In this document: positions 20,307-28,698 of the stretch, in pieces
How the letters are laid out: each line of letters begins with the position of its first letter
Position numbering within the stretch: the first letter of the stretch is position 1
Notes under the pieces: model-generated
The model's input: only the letters and a program-made list of their open reading frames with translations
Told to the model about the DNA's origin: nothing
The model's database searches: none
Assembly: GCA_963667175.2 (NCBI GenBank)
Contig: CAXXXF010000018.1
Coordinates: 96,001 to 160,000, forward strand
Source: Candidatus Latescibacterota bacterium
GTDB lineage: Bacteria > Latescibacterota > UBA2968 > GCA-2709665
Length of the DNA: 64,000 nt
Direction: 5' to 3'
Translations under genes and position numbers: made by a program

Positions 20307-20777
20307 TCTTTTGTCTACCCGCCTTTCGTAGACGAACAGGGTGATTTCATCGAGTTCTTCTTTTTTCGTGAGTCGCCACTCGCTCTCGTCAAACTCGGGG
20401 AAGAAGGCGTCGCCGTCGTAGTCGCCCCTGATCCGGGAGAGAACCATCCTGTTCGCGACGGGGATGGACTGCCGGTAAATCTCGGCGCCGCCCGCGCTGA
20501 AAACGGGTTTCCCGTAGGAACCGGCTCTTTCAAGCGCCGCTTCGAACGTGCGGCAGACGTCCACGCCCGGGGTTTTCGGGAACGTGCGGCTGACGATAAC
20601 GTGGGGGCGTTTCGGAAGGGGTCTGCAGCCGATGGACTCGAAGGTCTTGCGCCCCATGATCAGAACGCCCCCGGTGGTGATTTTCCTGAAATGCCGGAGG
20701 TCCTCGGAAACGTGCCAGGGCATGGCATTGTCTTTGCCGATCACCCGGTTGTCCGCCATGGCGGCGATGACGGTCAT
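20301..20777 (-). CDS. folA: dihydrofolate reductase
   Basis: VIGKDNAMPWH..EDL..F, IMGRKTFESI, PLPKR, GGAEIY, GDAFFP. Confidence 0.95.
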   Translation of the reverse strand: MTVIAAMADNRVIGKDNAMPWHVSEDLRHFRKITTGGVLIMGRKTFESIGCRPLPKRPHVIVSRTFPKTPGVDVCRTFEAALERAGSYGKPVFSAGGAEIYRQSIPVANRMVLSRIRGDYDGDAFFPEFDESEWRLTKKEELDEITLFVYERRVDKRG

Positions 20778-22117
20778 GGCCCCCCCGGCGCGGTGATATC
20801 CAGCAGTTGCGGGACCGCCGTGGATCGACCGACGAGATCGTGATCGAGCGCATCCGTGATTTCCACGTCTGTGAATTCGCCGATCCGCGCTTCACCGGAA
20901 ATAAAGACCTCGCCATCGATCTCGGGAGCGTCCATGCGCGTACGGCCGACATAGTCATAGGCCGGATCGTCAGAGTGCCGGTCTATCAGTACGCGGTGCG
21001 TGCGACCCACGCATTCGGCGGTGATCTGCGAGGAGATGACGGCCTGGAGGCTGAGGATGCGGTCCAGTCGTTCCCGTTTTTCGTCTTCCGGCACGTCGTC
21101 CTCGAGCCGCCCGGCCCGGGTGCCTTCCTCGTGCGAGTAGAGGAAGCCGACCAGTCGGTTGAAACGGATTTCCTCGACGAATTCCAGGAGTTCCCGGACG
21201 TGTTCCTCTCTCTCGCCGGGGAAACCGGCGATGACGGAGGAACGGAGGGTCAGGTCGGGCACCCGGTCTCGCAGTTTTCGAATCAACGCGCGGGTGTTCT
21301 TCACGGTCGCGCCGCGATTCATCGCCTTGAGCATGGCATCGGAGGCGTGCTGGATGGGCATGTCCACGTACGCGCACAGCTTTTCCTCTTGCGCCAGGAC
21401 GTCGATCAGGTCGTCGCGCCAGCCGGTGGGGTACGTGTAGAGCAGGCGGATCCATTCGAGGCCGTCGACGCGGACGAGTTCGCGCAAGAGGTCCATCAGG
21501 CGCGGGCTGCCATAGAGGTCCGCGCCGTATCGCATGGTATCCTGGGCGATCAGCGCGATTTCCTTCACGCCGCCTGCGGCCATACGCCAGGCTTCGGCCA
21601 CCAGAACCTCGATGGATTCGCTGCGGTTCACGCCACGTATGCCGGGGATGGCGCAGAAGGCGCAGGTCCGGTCGCAGCCGTCCGAAACACGCAGATAGGC
21701 CCAGTGATTGGGCGTGAGAAGATGCCTGGCGCCCTCATCGCGGTAGACCCTGGGACGCGAGATGCCCAGCAGGCGGTCGCAATGGGAGACGATCTCGCGT
21801 TCGCCGGCCAGACCGACGACCACGTCGGCCTCGGGGATTTCCGCTTCGAGTTCGTGCCGGTAGCGTTCAGCCAGACACCCTGTGAGTATCAGACCCTTGC
21901 AATTGCCGGTTTCCTTGTAGTCGGCGGCTTCGAGGGCCGTAGCGATGGATTCGTCTTTGGCCGGCTCGATGAAGCCGCACGTGTTCACAACGATGACGTC
22001 CGCGTTGTGGGGATCCTCGGCCACCACGTAGTCGTTGGATTCCAGTAGCCGGTGCATTCGTTCCGAGTCGACGGTATTCTTCGGGCATCCAAGCGTAATG
22101 AGATTTACAGACGGCAT
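20774..22117 (-). CDS. rimO: ribosomal protein S12 methylthiotransferase
   Basis: LGCPKN.VDSE, NTCGFI, GCLAERY, CxxxCxxC (CDRTCAFC), TRAM with DAPEIDG. Confidence 0.95.
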   Translation of the reverse strand: MPSVNLITLGCPKNTVDSERMHRLLESNDYVVAEDPHNADVIVVNTCGFIEPAKDESIATALEAADYKETGNCKGLILTGCLAERYRHELEAEIPEADVVVGLAGEREIVSHCDRLLGISRPRVYRDEGARHLLTPNHWAYLRVSDGCDRTCAFCAIPGIRGVNRSESIEVLVAEAWRMAAGGVKEIALIAQDTMRYGADLYGSPRLMDLLRELVRVDGLEWIRLLYTYPTGWRDDLIDVLAQEEKLCAYVDMPIQHASDAMLKAMNRGATVKNTRALIRKLRDRVPDLTLRSSVIAGFPGEREEHVRELLEFVEEIRFNRLVGFLYSHEEGTRAGRLEDDVPEDEKRERLDRILSLQAVISSQITAECVGRTHRVLIDRHSDDPAYDYVGRTRMDAPEIDGEVFISGEARIGEFTDVEITDALDHDLVGRSTAVPQLLDITAPGGP

Positions 22118-22308
22118 TTGGACGACTCCGGCACAGCGGGTGACAAACGGATTCCATCGCTTCCGTCCGAGTTGGCCACGAAGCTTAAAGAAAAAATCGT
22201 CGATGCGCCGAATTTTGTCAAGCGGAAGATGGGTACATAACCGCGAAACGCGTATGAAAACTCAGATGCTTCGACGTCGCTGAAGGAGGTCCGATTTCGG
22301 GTTCTTTC

Positions 22309-22336
22309 TTGACAAGTGACGCCTTATGGATATATT
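22309..22336 (+). promoter_or_regulatory. sigma70-type promoter for rpmB
   Basis: TTGACA-16 nt-TATATT. Confidence 0.6.
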
Positions 22337-22472
22337 TAACCGGAAAAATGCGGTGCGTCGCTGAACGGTCGCGCACAATTGGGAAGCGTTTCCGCCCGCC
22401 AAAGCGGGGCGGTCTTTTCATTTTAAAGATAATTCGACCGGTTCAATTTTGGGTCTCACGGAGGCAACGATT

Positions 22473-22664
22473 ATGGCAGCCAGATGTGACATTTGCGGGA
22501 AGGGGCCGATGGTCGGCAATCACGTCAGCCACGCCAACAACAGAAAGAAACGGCGGTTCAATCCGAACCTGAGACGGGTGCGCGCGCAGGTGGACGGGAC
22601 CACAAGAAGAATCAAGGTCTGTACGAAGTGCATAAAGCTCGGCCGCGTGAACAAAGCCGCATAG
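22473..22664 (+). CDS. rpmB: 50S ribosomal protein L28
   Basis: [10 protein letters not shown]...[17 protein letters not shown]...VCTKC; GGAGG RBS. Confidence 0.97.
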   Translation: MAARCDICGKGPMVGNHVSHANNRKKRRFNPNLRRVRAQVDGTTRRIKVCTKCIKLGRVNKAA

Positions 22665-22744
22665 GGTCCGGACGCGGCCATCAGATGTCCCCTGTCGGAT
22701 CCCCGCAGGAGGTTCGGGTCAAACCGTCAGAGGATTCCAGTCCG

Positions 22745-22780
22745 AAAAAACTCACCTTTTGTTTCCAGGTGGGTTTTTTT
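22745..22780 (+). terminator. intrinsic terminator after rpmB
   Basis: A6-CTCACCT...AGGTGGG-T7. Confidence 0.7.
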
Positions 22781-22885
22781 ATGTTATCGAACCGACACGT
22801 GATGGGGCAAGGGAGACGACGCAGGATGACCCTGAAGGCTGAGATTGAAATCATACCCGACGTCAATAACGGGAACGCGGTCTGA

Positions 22886-25024
22886 ATGGACTACTCTCGG
22901 GGTAAACGCTTCCTGAATACGCTGCAGGACTGGGAGCGGGACGGGACGGCGGCGGGCACGCCGGACCATTACCTGCCGCGGATGCGGGCCCTTTTGCGTG
23001 GGATGGGGAATCCACAGAAGGACTTCGCGTCGGTCATTGTCGGCGGGACAAACGGCAAGGGAACGGTGGCCGGCGTTCTGGCCGCCCTGCTGCAGGCATG
23101 CGGCCGCCATACCGGTATCTACACGTCGCCGCACCTGCACACCATCCGCGAACGCATCCGGACCGACGGCAGTATCCTGGAAAAGGATGACTGGGCAAAG
23201 GGGATCGCAGACCTCTACGACCGGACGCGCGGATTCGAAGCAGAGGGGTACGGTTCATTCACCAGGTTCGAGGCGTTGACGGCGCTGGCGGCGTCCATTT
23301 TCGCACGGGCCCGAGTCGAATTCGGTGTGTTCGAGGTGGGGCTGGGCGGCCGATATGACGCAACCAATGCGTGGGATGCCGGTGTGGCGGTGCTCACGTC
23401 GATCGATCTGGACCACACCGAAGTGCTGGGCGATACGGTGGAGGAGATCGCGCTCGACAAGCTCGAAATCTCCCGTCCCGGGAGGCCGCTCTTCACCTCC
23501 GCCGCGCAGAAGCCCGAAGTGCTCTCGCTGTTGCGGAGGGAGTGTCGTAAACGGGGCGTGGATCTTCGGGTTGTGTGCGACGGGACGGGCGGAGGCTGGG
23601 CGGACATATCGGAGACATTGGCGCTTGCGAAGATGCCCGAACGGGGATCCGTATTCCGGAACAACGCCCGGCTGGCGCTTGCCGTCGGGCGCTATCTGTT
23701 GGGAGATGAACTTACGAAACCCCGTATCGGGGAAGCCCTGAGCGGACTCGAGTTACCGGGCAGATTCGAGGTGGCGCAACAGTCGCCCCGGGTCGTTCTG
23801 GACGGCGCTCACAACCCGGCGGGGGCCACGGCCCTTGCCCACGACCTCGGCAGAATATCGAAGCGGTGGACGTTTGTGGTTGGCGTGAACGCGGGCCACG
23901 ACGCCGGAGGGATACTCGAGGCGATTCGGCCGCTGGCGAAAACGGTGATTCTGACGCGGTCCGATCACCCGAAGGCGCTGCCCGTCGACGTGTTGCGGCG
24001 AAGCCTGCCCGCGGGCGTTTCCGCGTGCTGCGCGCCGGACGTGGTTGAGGCGCTCGGACGCGCGGGGTTGCGGGAAGGGGATCCCGTCTGTATCATGGGA
24101 TCGTTGCATCTGATTGGAAAAGCGCGGGAATCGCTCGGGCTTCCCTGCGAGCGGGACGGATTCGGGGAAGATCTTCACCGGGAGAGTCTGACGTGCCTCG
24201 CGAACGCCTGCGGCAACCTGGGCCTCCGGCTGGAACGGGCTTCCGAAGACGGAAATCTGGTCTGCATCCGGCCGCCGGGCGGCGGGCCCGTCTATTTTCT
24301 GCGCAACAGGCACCCGTTCAACGACTACGTGGCGGCCCGTCTGGCGGAAGACAAGGCATATCAATACGAACTGTTCACGCGGGCCGGCCTTCCGGTTCCC
24401 GTTACGATCGTGGCATTCAATCCGTTCGCGGACGAACGGTTTTCGCGTTACCGGACCCATGCGTCCGTCGATGCCGTCGTCGAGGACGTTGAACGCCGGC
24501 TTTCCTATCCGGTGGTCGTCAAACGAAACCTCGGGTCGTTGGCGCAGGGGGTATTCTTGGAGCGAGACCGGCGCGCACTGAAGAATCGCCTGCAGACGTT
24601 GTTCGAAAACAGCGGATTTCTGGATAATCTGGTCCTGGTCCAGGCCTATACCGCCGGTCCCGAGTATCGGATCCTCGCCGCCAGGGATGAAGTGCTGCTG
24701 GCTTACGAGAAAGCCGGCGGTTCTCCGGACGGCGACCTGAACCCGCTTCACGGGGCAACGGGGTCTGCGAAGCGTGTGGAGGCGCCGGAACTGGTCGAAG
24801 GGCTGTCGGAACTGGCGACGGCCGTCTCGGGAGTGATCGGTCTGGGGTTCTACGCGATCGACGTCATTCAGTCGGCGGCGGGATTCCAGGTGATCGAAAT
24901 CAACCCGAACCCGATGTGTTATTTTTACAACCTGCACAACGGCCGGGCGGATTTCGTGGACATCTACGAAAGGCTCCTCGGCAGGCATCTTCAGGGATTG
25001 AACCCGCCGGCCGCGCAGGAATAG
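22886..25024 (+). CDS. folC: folylpolyglutamate/dihydrofolate synthase fused to a C-terminal RimK-like ATP-grasp domain
   Basis: GTNGKG, YTSPHL, EVGLGGRYDATN, LDHTEVLG, LDGAHNP; then DKAYQY..F...GLPVP, YPVVVK, EYRI, AIDV, IEINPNP. Confidence 0.85.
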   Translation: MDYSRGKRFLNTLQDWERDGTAAGTPDHYLPRMRALLRGMGNPQKDFASVIVGGTNGKGTVAGVLAALLQACGRHTGIYTSPHLHTIRERIRTDGSILEKDDWAKGIADLYDRTRGFEAEGYGSFTRFEALTALAASIFARARVEFGVFEVGLGGRYDATNAWDAGVAVLTSIDLDHTEVLGDTVEEIALDKLEISRPGRPLFTSAAQKPEVLSLLRRECRKRGVDLRVVCDGTGGGWADISETLALAKMPERGSVFRNNARLALAVGRYLLGDELTKPRIGEALSGLELPGRFEVAQQSPRVVLDGAHNPAGATALAHDLGRISKRWTFVVGVNAGHDAGGILEAIRPLAKTVILTRSDHPKALPVDVLRRSLPAGVSACCAPDVVEALGRAGLREGDPVCIMGSLHLIGKARESLGLPCERDGFGEDLHRESLTCLANACGNLGLRLERASEDGNLVCIRPPGGGPVYFLRNRHPFNDYVAARLAEDKAYQYELFTRAGLPVPVTIVAFNPFADERFSRYRTHASVDAVVEDVERRLSYPVVVKRNLGSLAQGVFLERDRRALKNRLQTLFENSGFLDNLVLVQAYTAGPEYRILAARDEVLLAYEKAGGSPDGDLNPLHGATGSAKRVEAPELVEGLSELATAVSGVIGLGFYAIDVIQSAAGFQVIEINPNPMCYFYNLHNGRADFVDIYERLLGRHLQGLNPPAAQE

Positions 25025-25078
25025 GAATCGGCGGGATTCAGGATCAGGTGCGGACCGAATACCCGGAAAGGAAACGTC

Positions 25079-25816
25079 ATGCCGCTGACTGGCGCCCAGC
25101 TCGAACAGTACCGCGCCGATGGCTTTGCCGTGGGCGGCCGGATTCTCAGTGACGACGAACTCGCAAGGCTGCGGACAGTACTGGAATCCATCATCGAGAA
25201 TCTGCCCGGTGATCGAAGGCCCGAGAACATGCCGTCGCTCCACTACGAAAACGGGTACCTTCGCGATCTGTTCCTGGACGATCGTCTCATCGACGTGGCG
25301 GCGCAGATCGTGGGCCCGGACGTCGCGCTGTTCACGTCCTACGTGATCAGCAAACGCCCGGACGACGGCCTGGCGGTAGACTGGCATCAGGATGCCGCGT
25401 TTTTTCCCATCGAGCCGATGGATACGTTCACGCTCTGGCTGGCGGTGGACGATTCCGACGTTGAGAATGGCTGCATGCGGGTGCTTCCCGGCACCCACCG
25501 GCAGCAGGCCGTTCTGCTGCACAAGGTGGATCTCGACTCCGGCACCACACTCCCGATGTCACTGGAAAATCTCGACCATTCAGGGGCCACGGACGTGGAG
25601 CTGCGGGCCGGTGAGTATTCCGTTCACGATCCCTGGATCCTGCATGGGTCCAATCCCAACACGTCGTCCAGGCGGCGCTGCGGGATCACCTTGAAATACA
25701 TCTCCACGCGCGCCGAAATCGACCGCACGTTCCGTTCTCCCTCCGGCTTCGACTGGGACGGGCTCCGTCTCTACCTGGCGCGGGGGAATCCGGGCCGCCA
25801 CAGCTACGCCAACTGA
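25079..25816 (+). CDS. PhyH-family Fe(II)/2-oxoglutarate dioxygenase
   Basis: WHQD, WLAVDD..VENGCM..LPGTH, HGSNPNTS..RR. Confidence 0.9.
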   Translation: MPLTGAQLEQYRADGFAVGGRILSDDELARLRTVLESIIENLPGDRRPENMPSLHYENGYLRDLFLDDRLIDVAAQIVGPDVALFTSYVISKRPDDGLAVDWHQDAAFFPIEPMDTFTLWLAVDDSDVENGCMRVLPGTHRQQAVLLHKVDLDSGTTLPMSLENLDHSGATDVELRAGEYSVHDPWILHGSNPNTSSRRRCGITLKYISTRAEIDRTFRSPSGFDWDGLRLYLARGNPGRHSYAN

Positions 25817-25859
25817 TCTCCAGTGTCCGTGCGGAAACCCGGATCGAATTGAACCGGAT

Positions 25860-27518
25860 ATGACGAAAAGCGTTCATCGCTTCATCCTTCTGGCCGATCT
25901 CCATCTTTCGGACCACCCGGGTACGGCGGCCCACCATGCGCTGCAGTGGGCCGTCGACCGGGTGAATCTGGAGAGGCCGGATTTTCTGGCCGTGGCCGGG
26001 GACGTCACGACCTTTGCAACGGCCGTTTCGGCCAGACGCTGCGTCGAGGCGCTGGACCGGGTGGAGGTTCCGGTACTCTTCACCCCGGGAAACGCGGACC
26101 GGCGGGGTTGGCACGCGACGTCGGTGTTCGAAACCCTGGCGGCCCCCGGACGGCGGGCGGCCGTGTTCGGCGACCTGCTGGTTCTTCTGCCCGACACGTC
26201 GACCGGAACCCTACCGGACGACGAACGCTCGTGGCTGAACGGGAACCTCCGTTCCAACCATGCGGCCCGGCGGCTGGTCGTTACCCACTATCCGCTGGAC
26301 AGGATGGACGCAGAGGGTCGGCGGTGGCTCTCATGCTGGCTCACGGAAAATGGCGTCGAACTTCTGGTCGCTGGACACAGTCACGTTCACCGGACCCGCC
26401 GTAGAAACGGCTTCGCGGAGGCCGTCGTCCGCGGACTGGATCCCGATAAAGCGATTGGAGATCTTCCCGGAATCAGTCGCTTCGAGAGTGCGAAAGAGGG
26501 GGAATGGACGGAGGTATTCATCCCCTGGTCGCCGGCGATCCGGTTGCTGCCCTCGGATCTTCCCGACGGCTTGCTTCCCGTAGGCTGGTCGATACAGGGC
26601 GACCCGGTGAACGCCGCGCGAGAGACCCTGGAGTTCGGGCTGTCCTGTCTGGAAATCCGGCCGCCGGCCACTGATTTTTCACAACGTGCGCTTTCGGGCG
26701 CGCTCCGCGCGCTTCGCGACCAGGGTCCCCTGCATCTCTCCTACCATCTGCCCGACCTGAAGTGGAACCCGGGGACCGGACGCATCGACGGAGTCGAAAC
26801 GGTACGGACGCACGTGGAACGCGCGATGCACGCGGGCGTGGACAACCTGACGGTCCACGTGCCCAGGGTGAGCGCACGCGCGATGGAGCGCGTGCGGGAG
26901 GACCGGCATCAGCCGACAGCGTGTTTCCTGTCATTCGCCGAGACGTTCGCAACACTCTTCAGAGAGGCGGCGCGCGCGGGGGTGGGGATCGCAATCGAGA
27001 ATATCCACAATCCGGACGATACGCCTGCCGACTCGCCGGACCGCGAATTCGCCACGCGGATCGACGAATATCTGCGATGGATCGACGCCGCGGCGCGTGC
27101 AGTGACCGATGTGCCTGGAGCGAAGGTCGGCGCATTGCTGGACGTGGGACACGCGAGGAACAACGGGGGCGATCTGGATAATCTGCAGCCCCTGGGCGAC
27201 TGGTATGCCTGCCTGGGGCGGCGAATTCTGGGATATCACATTCACCAGGTGGATACGGATCCGGTAAAGGGCGGGCTTACGAACCATCACGAGATTTCCG
27301 ATCTGTTCGGCAGCAGGATCTCCTTCGCAGGTTTTCTCTGGGCGTGGTCCACACACCAGATCACACGGGGTCCCCTCTTCGTGGAGGTCCGCGATGACGA
27401 AGGCCGACGCAATACCGTCCGGCGGTTCAAACGGCTCTTCGAAGGCGCGCACAGGATTCACGAGGCCGCTGACCTGACCCGGCGGGAACTGGAGTCGAAT
27501 GATCCGCGTACCCTGTAG
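25860..27518 (+). CDS. metallophosphoesterase fused to xylose-isomerase/AP-endonuclease-2-like TIM barrel
   Basis: ADLH, AGDV, GNAD, THYP, GHSH; then TVH, IENI, LDVGH, HIH, FVEV. Confidence 0.75.
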   Translation: MTKSVHRFILLADLHLSDHPGTAAHHALQWAVDRVNLERPDFLAVAGDVTTFATAVSARRCVEALDRVEVPVLFTPGNADRRGWHATSVFETLAAPGRRAAVFGDLLVLLPDTSTGTLPDDERSWLNGNLRSNHAARRLVVTHYPLDRMDAEGRRWLSCWLTENGVELLVAGHSHVHRTRRRNGFAEAVVRGLDPDKAIGDLPGISRFESAKEGEWTEVFIPWSPAIRLLPSDLPDGLLPVGWSIQGDPVNAARETLEFGLSCLEIRPPATDFSQRALSGALRALRDQGPLHLSYHLPDLKWNPGTGRIDGVETVRTHVERAMHAGVDNLTVHVPRVSARAMERVREDRHQPTACFLSFAETFATLFREAARAGVGIAIENIHNPDDTPADSPDREFATRIDEYLRWIDAAARAVTDVPGAKVGALLDVGHARNNGGDLDNLQPLGDWYACLGRRILGYHIHQVDTDPVKGGLTNHHEISDLFGSRISFAGFLWAWSTHQITRGPLFVEVRDDEGRRNTVRRFKRLFEGAHRIHEAADLTRRELESNDPRTL

Positions 27519-27533
27519 ACATGGGAGAAAGCG

Positions 27534-28607
27534 ATGATTCCGGAATTTGAGGTCGGGGGCACGCCGTTTCGACGCGGGGAACAGATCGGGCGCCGGTTCA
27601 AGGCGGAGATTCAGGAAACACTCGCCCGCCTGTCGGAGAACAGCGAAGTGCGAAACCGGCAGGTTGCCCTGGTGGAGGCGATGCGAGGGCATCTCGAGGC
27701 GGAATTTCCCGAGATCGTGGAGGAGATTCGCGGCATCGCGCACGGTGCGGACGTTACGGACGGCGACGCGTTCTTCAAGAGCGCCTACAACGCCGTGGGA
27801 CCGGCGCTGGCGGACAACCTCGGGTGCAGCAGCGTGGCCTTCGCCGCCAGCGACGTCGGGCCCATCCTCGGAAAGACCGACGACGGGAGTTTTCGACCGG
27901 GTTCGGATCGGCTCGGGGGGCTGACCATCCTGACGATACGTCCGGAAGAGGGGTACGACGTTTTGTGCGTGAACCAGATCGGGACGGTGTGGACGGAGTG
28001 CGGGGTGAACGGCAAAGGGCTGTGCATGGGTACGAATTCGGGTCACCCCACGATGACCGGGCAGGACGGGTCCGGCGTGCCCCAGCACGTCGCGCCGCGC
28101 CTCGTGTTGCAGCGGTGCGCGAACGTCGAGGAGGGCGTCGACCTGCTCAGGCAGATGACGCTGACGGGCAAGGGCATCAATATCGTGCTGGCCGACGCGG
28201 AGGGCAACGCAGCCGCCACGGAGAACGCCTGCGCGATGAACGGTGTCCGCGAGCCGGAGCACGGGGTCGTCTTCTCGACGAATCACTATTTCAGCGAGGA
28301 GATGCAGGGTGTATCGTGGCAATGGGATCCCGGCTTCATCAGCACGCGGTATTTCCAGAATTCCCTGAACCGGATCGCGCGCCTGTACGGCCGTTTCGGA
28401 AACGGCGGAAGAACGCTTACGCTCCAGGAGATGCGCGAGGTCCTGATGGATGAACACAATCCGGGGGGCCTCTGCCAGCGTCCGCAGAACAACGAAAACA
28501 ACATGACGACGAACTTCGGCGTGATTCTGGTGAGCCGCGACCGCGAGATGTGGTTGAACGAGGGACCCCCATCTCTCGACCGGTTTCGGCGATACGCACT
28601 GGGTTGA
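27534..28607 (+). CDS. C45-family Ntn hydrolase/acyltransferase
   Basis: EEIRGIA.GA, autoprocessing G-CS site (LGCSS), GVNGKGL, STNHY. Confidence 0.8.
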   Translation: MIPEFEVGGTPFRRGEQIGRRFKAEIQETLARLSENSEVRNRQVALVEAMRGHLEAEFPEIVEEIRGIAHGADVTDGDAFFKSAYNAVGPALADNLGCSSVAFAASDVGPILGKTDDGSFRPGSDRLGGLTILTIRPEEGYDVLCVNQIGTVWTECGVNGKGLCMGTNSGHPTMTGQDGSGVPQHVAPRLVLQRCANVEEGVDLLRQMTLTGKGINIVLADAEGNAAATENACAMNGVREPEHGVVFSTNHYFSEEMQGVSWQWDPGFISTRYFQNSLNRIARLYGRFGNGGRTLTLQEMREVLMDEHNPGGLCQRPQNNENNMTTNFGVILVSRDREMWLNEGPPSLDRFRRYALG

Positions 28608-28698
28608 ACGGCCGGATGTATTCCGGCCGGGATCGCCCTGTTTTTCTATAGTGGAAACATGACAGACCGCCGGAACATCCGGCAACAGGAGGCGGAAC

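Noticed and set aside
22340-22420. ZMP/ZTP riboswitch, suggested by nearby folate genes
   Set aside because: Lacks the GACUGGCG and CGCCUGGGC signature segments, and precedes rpmB
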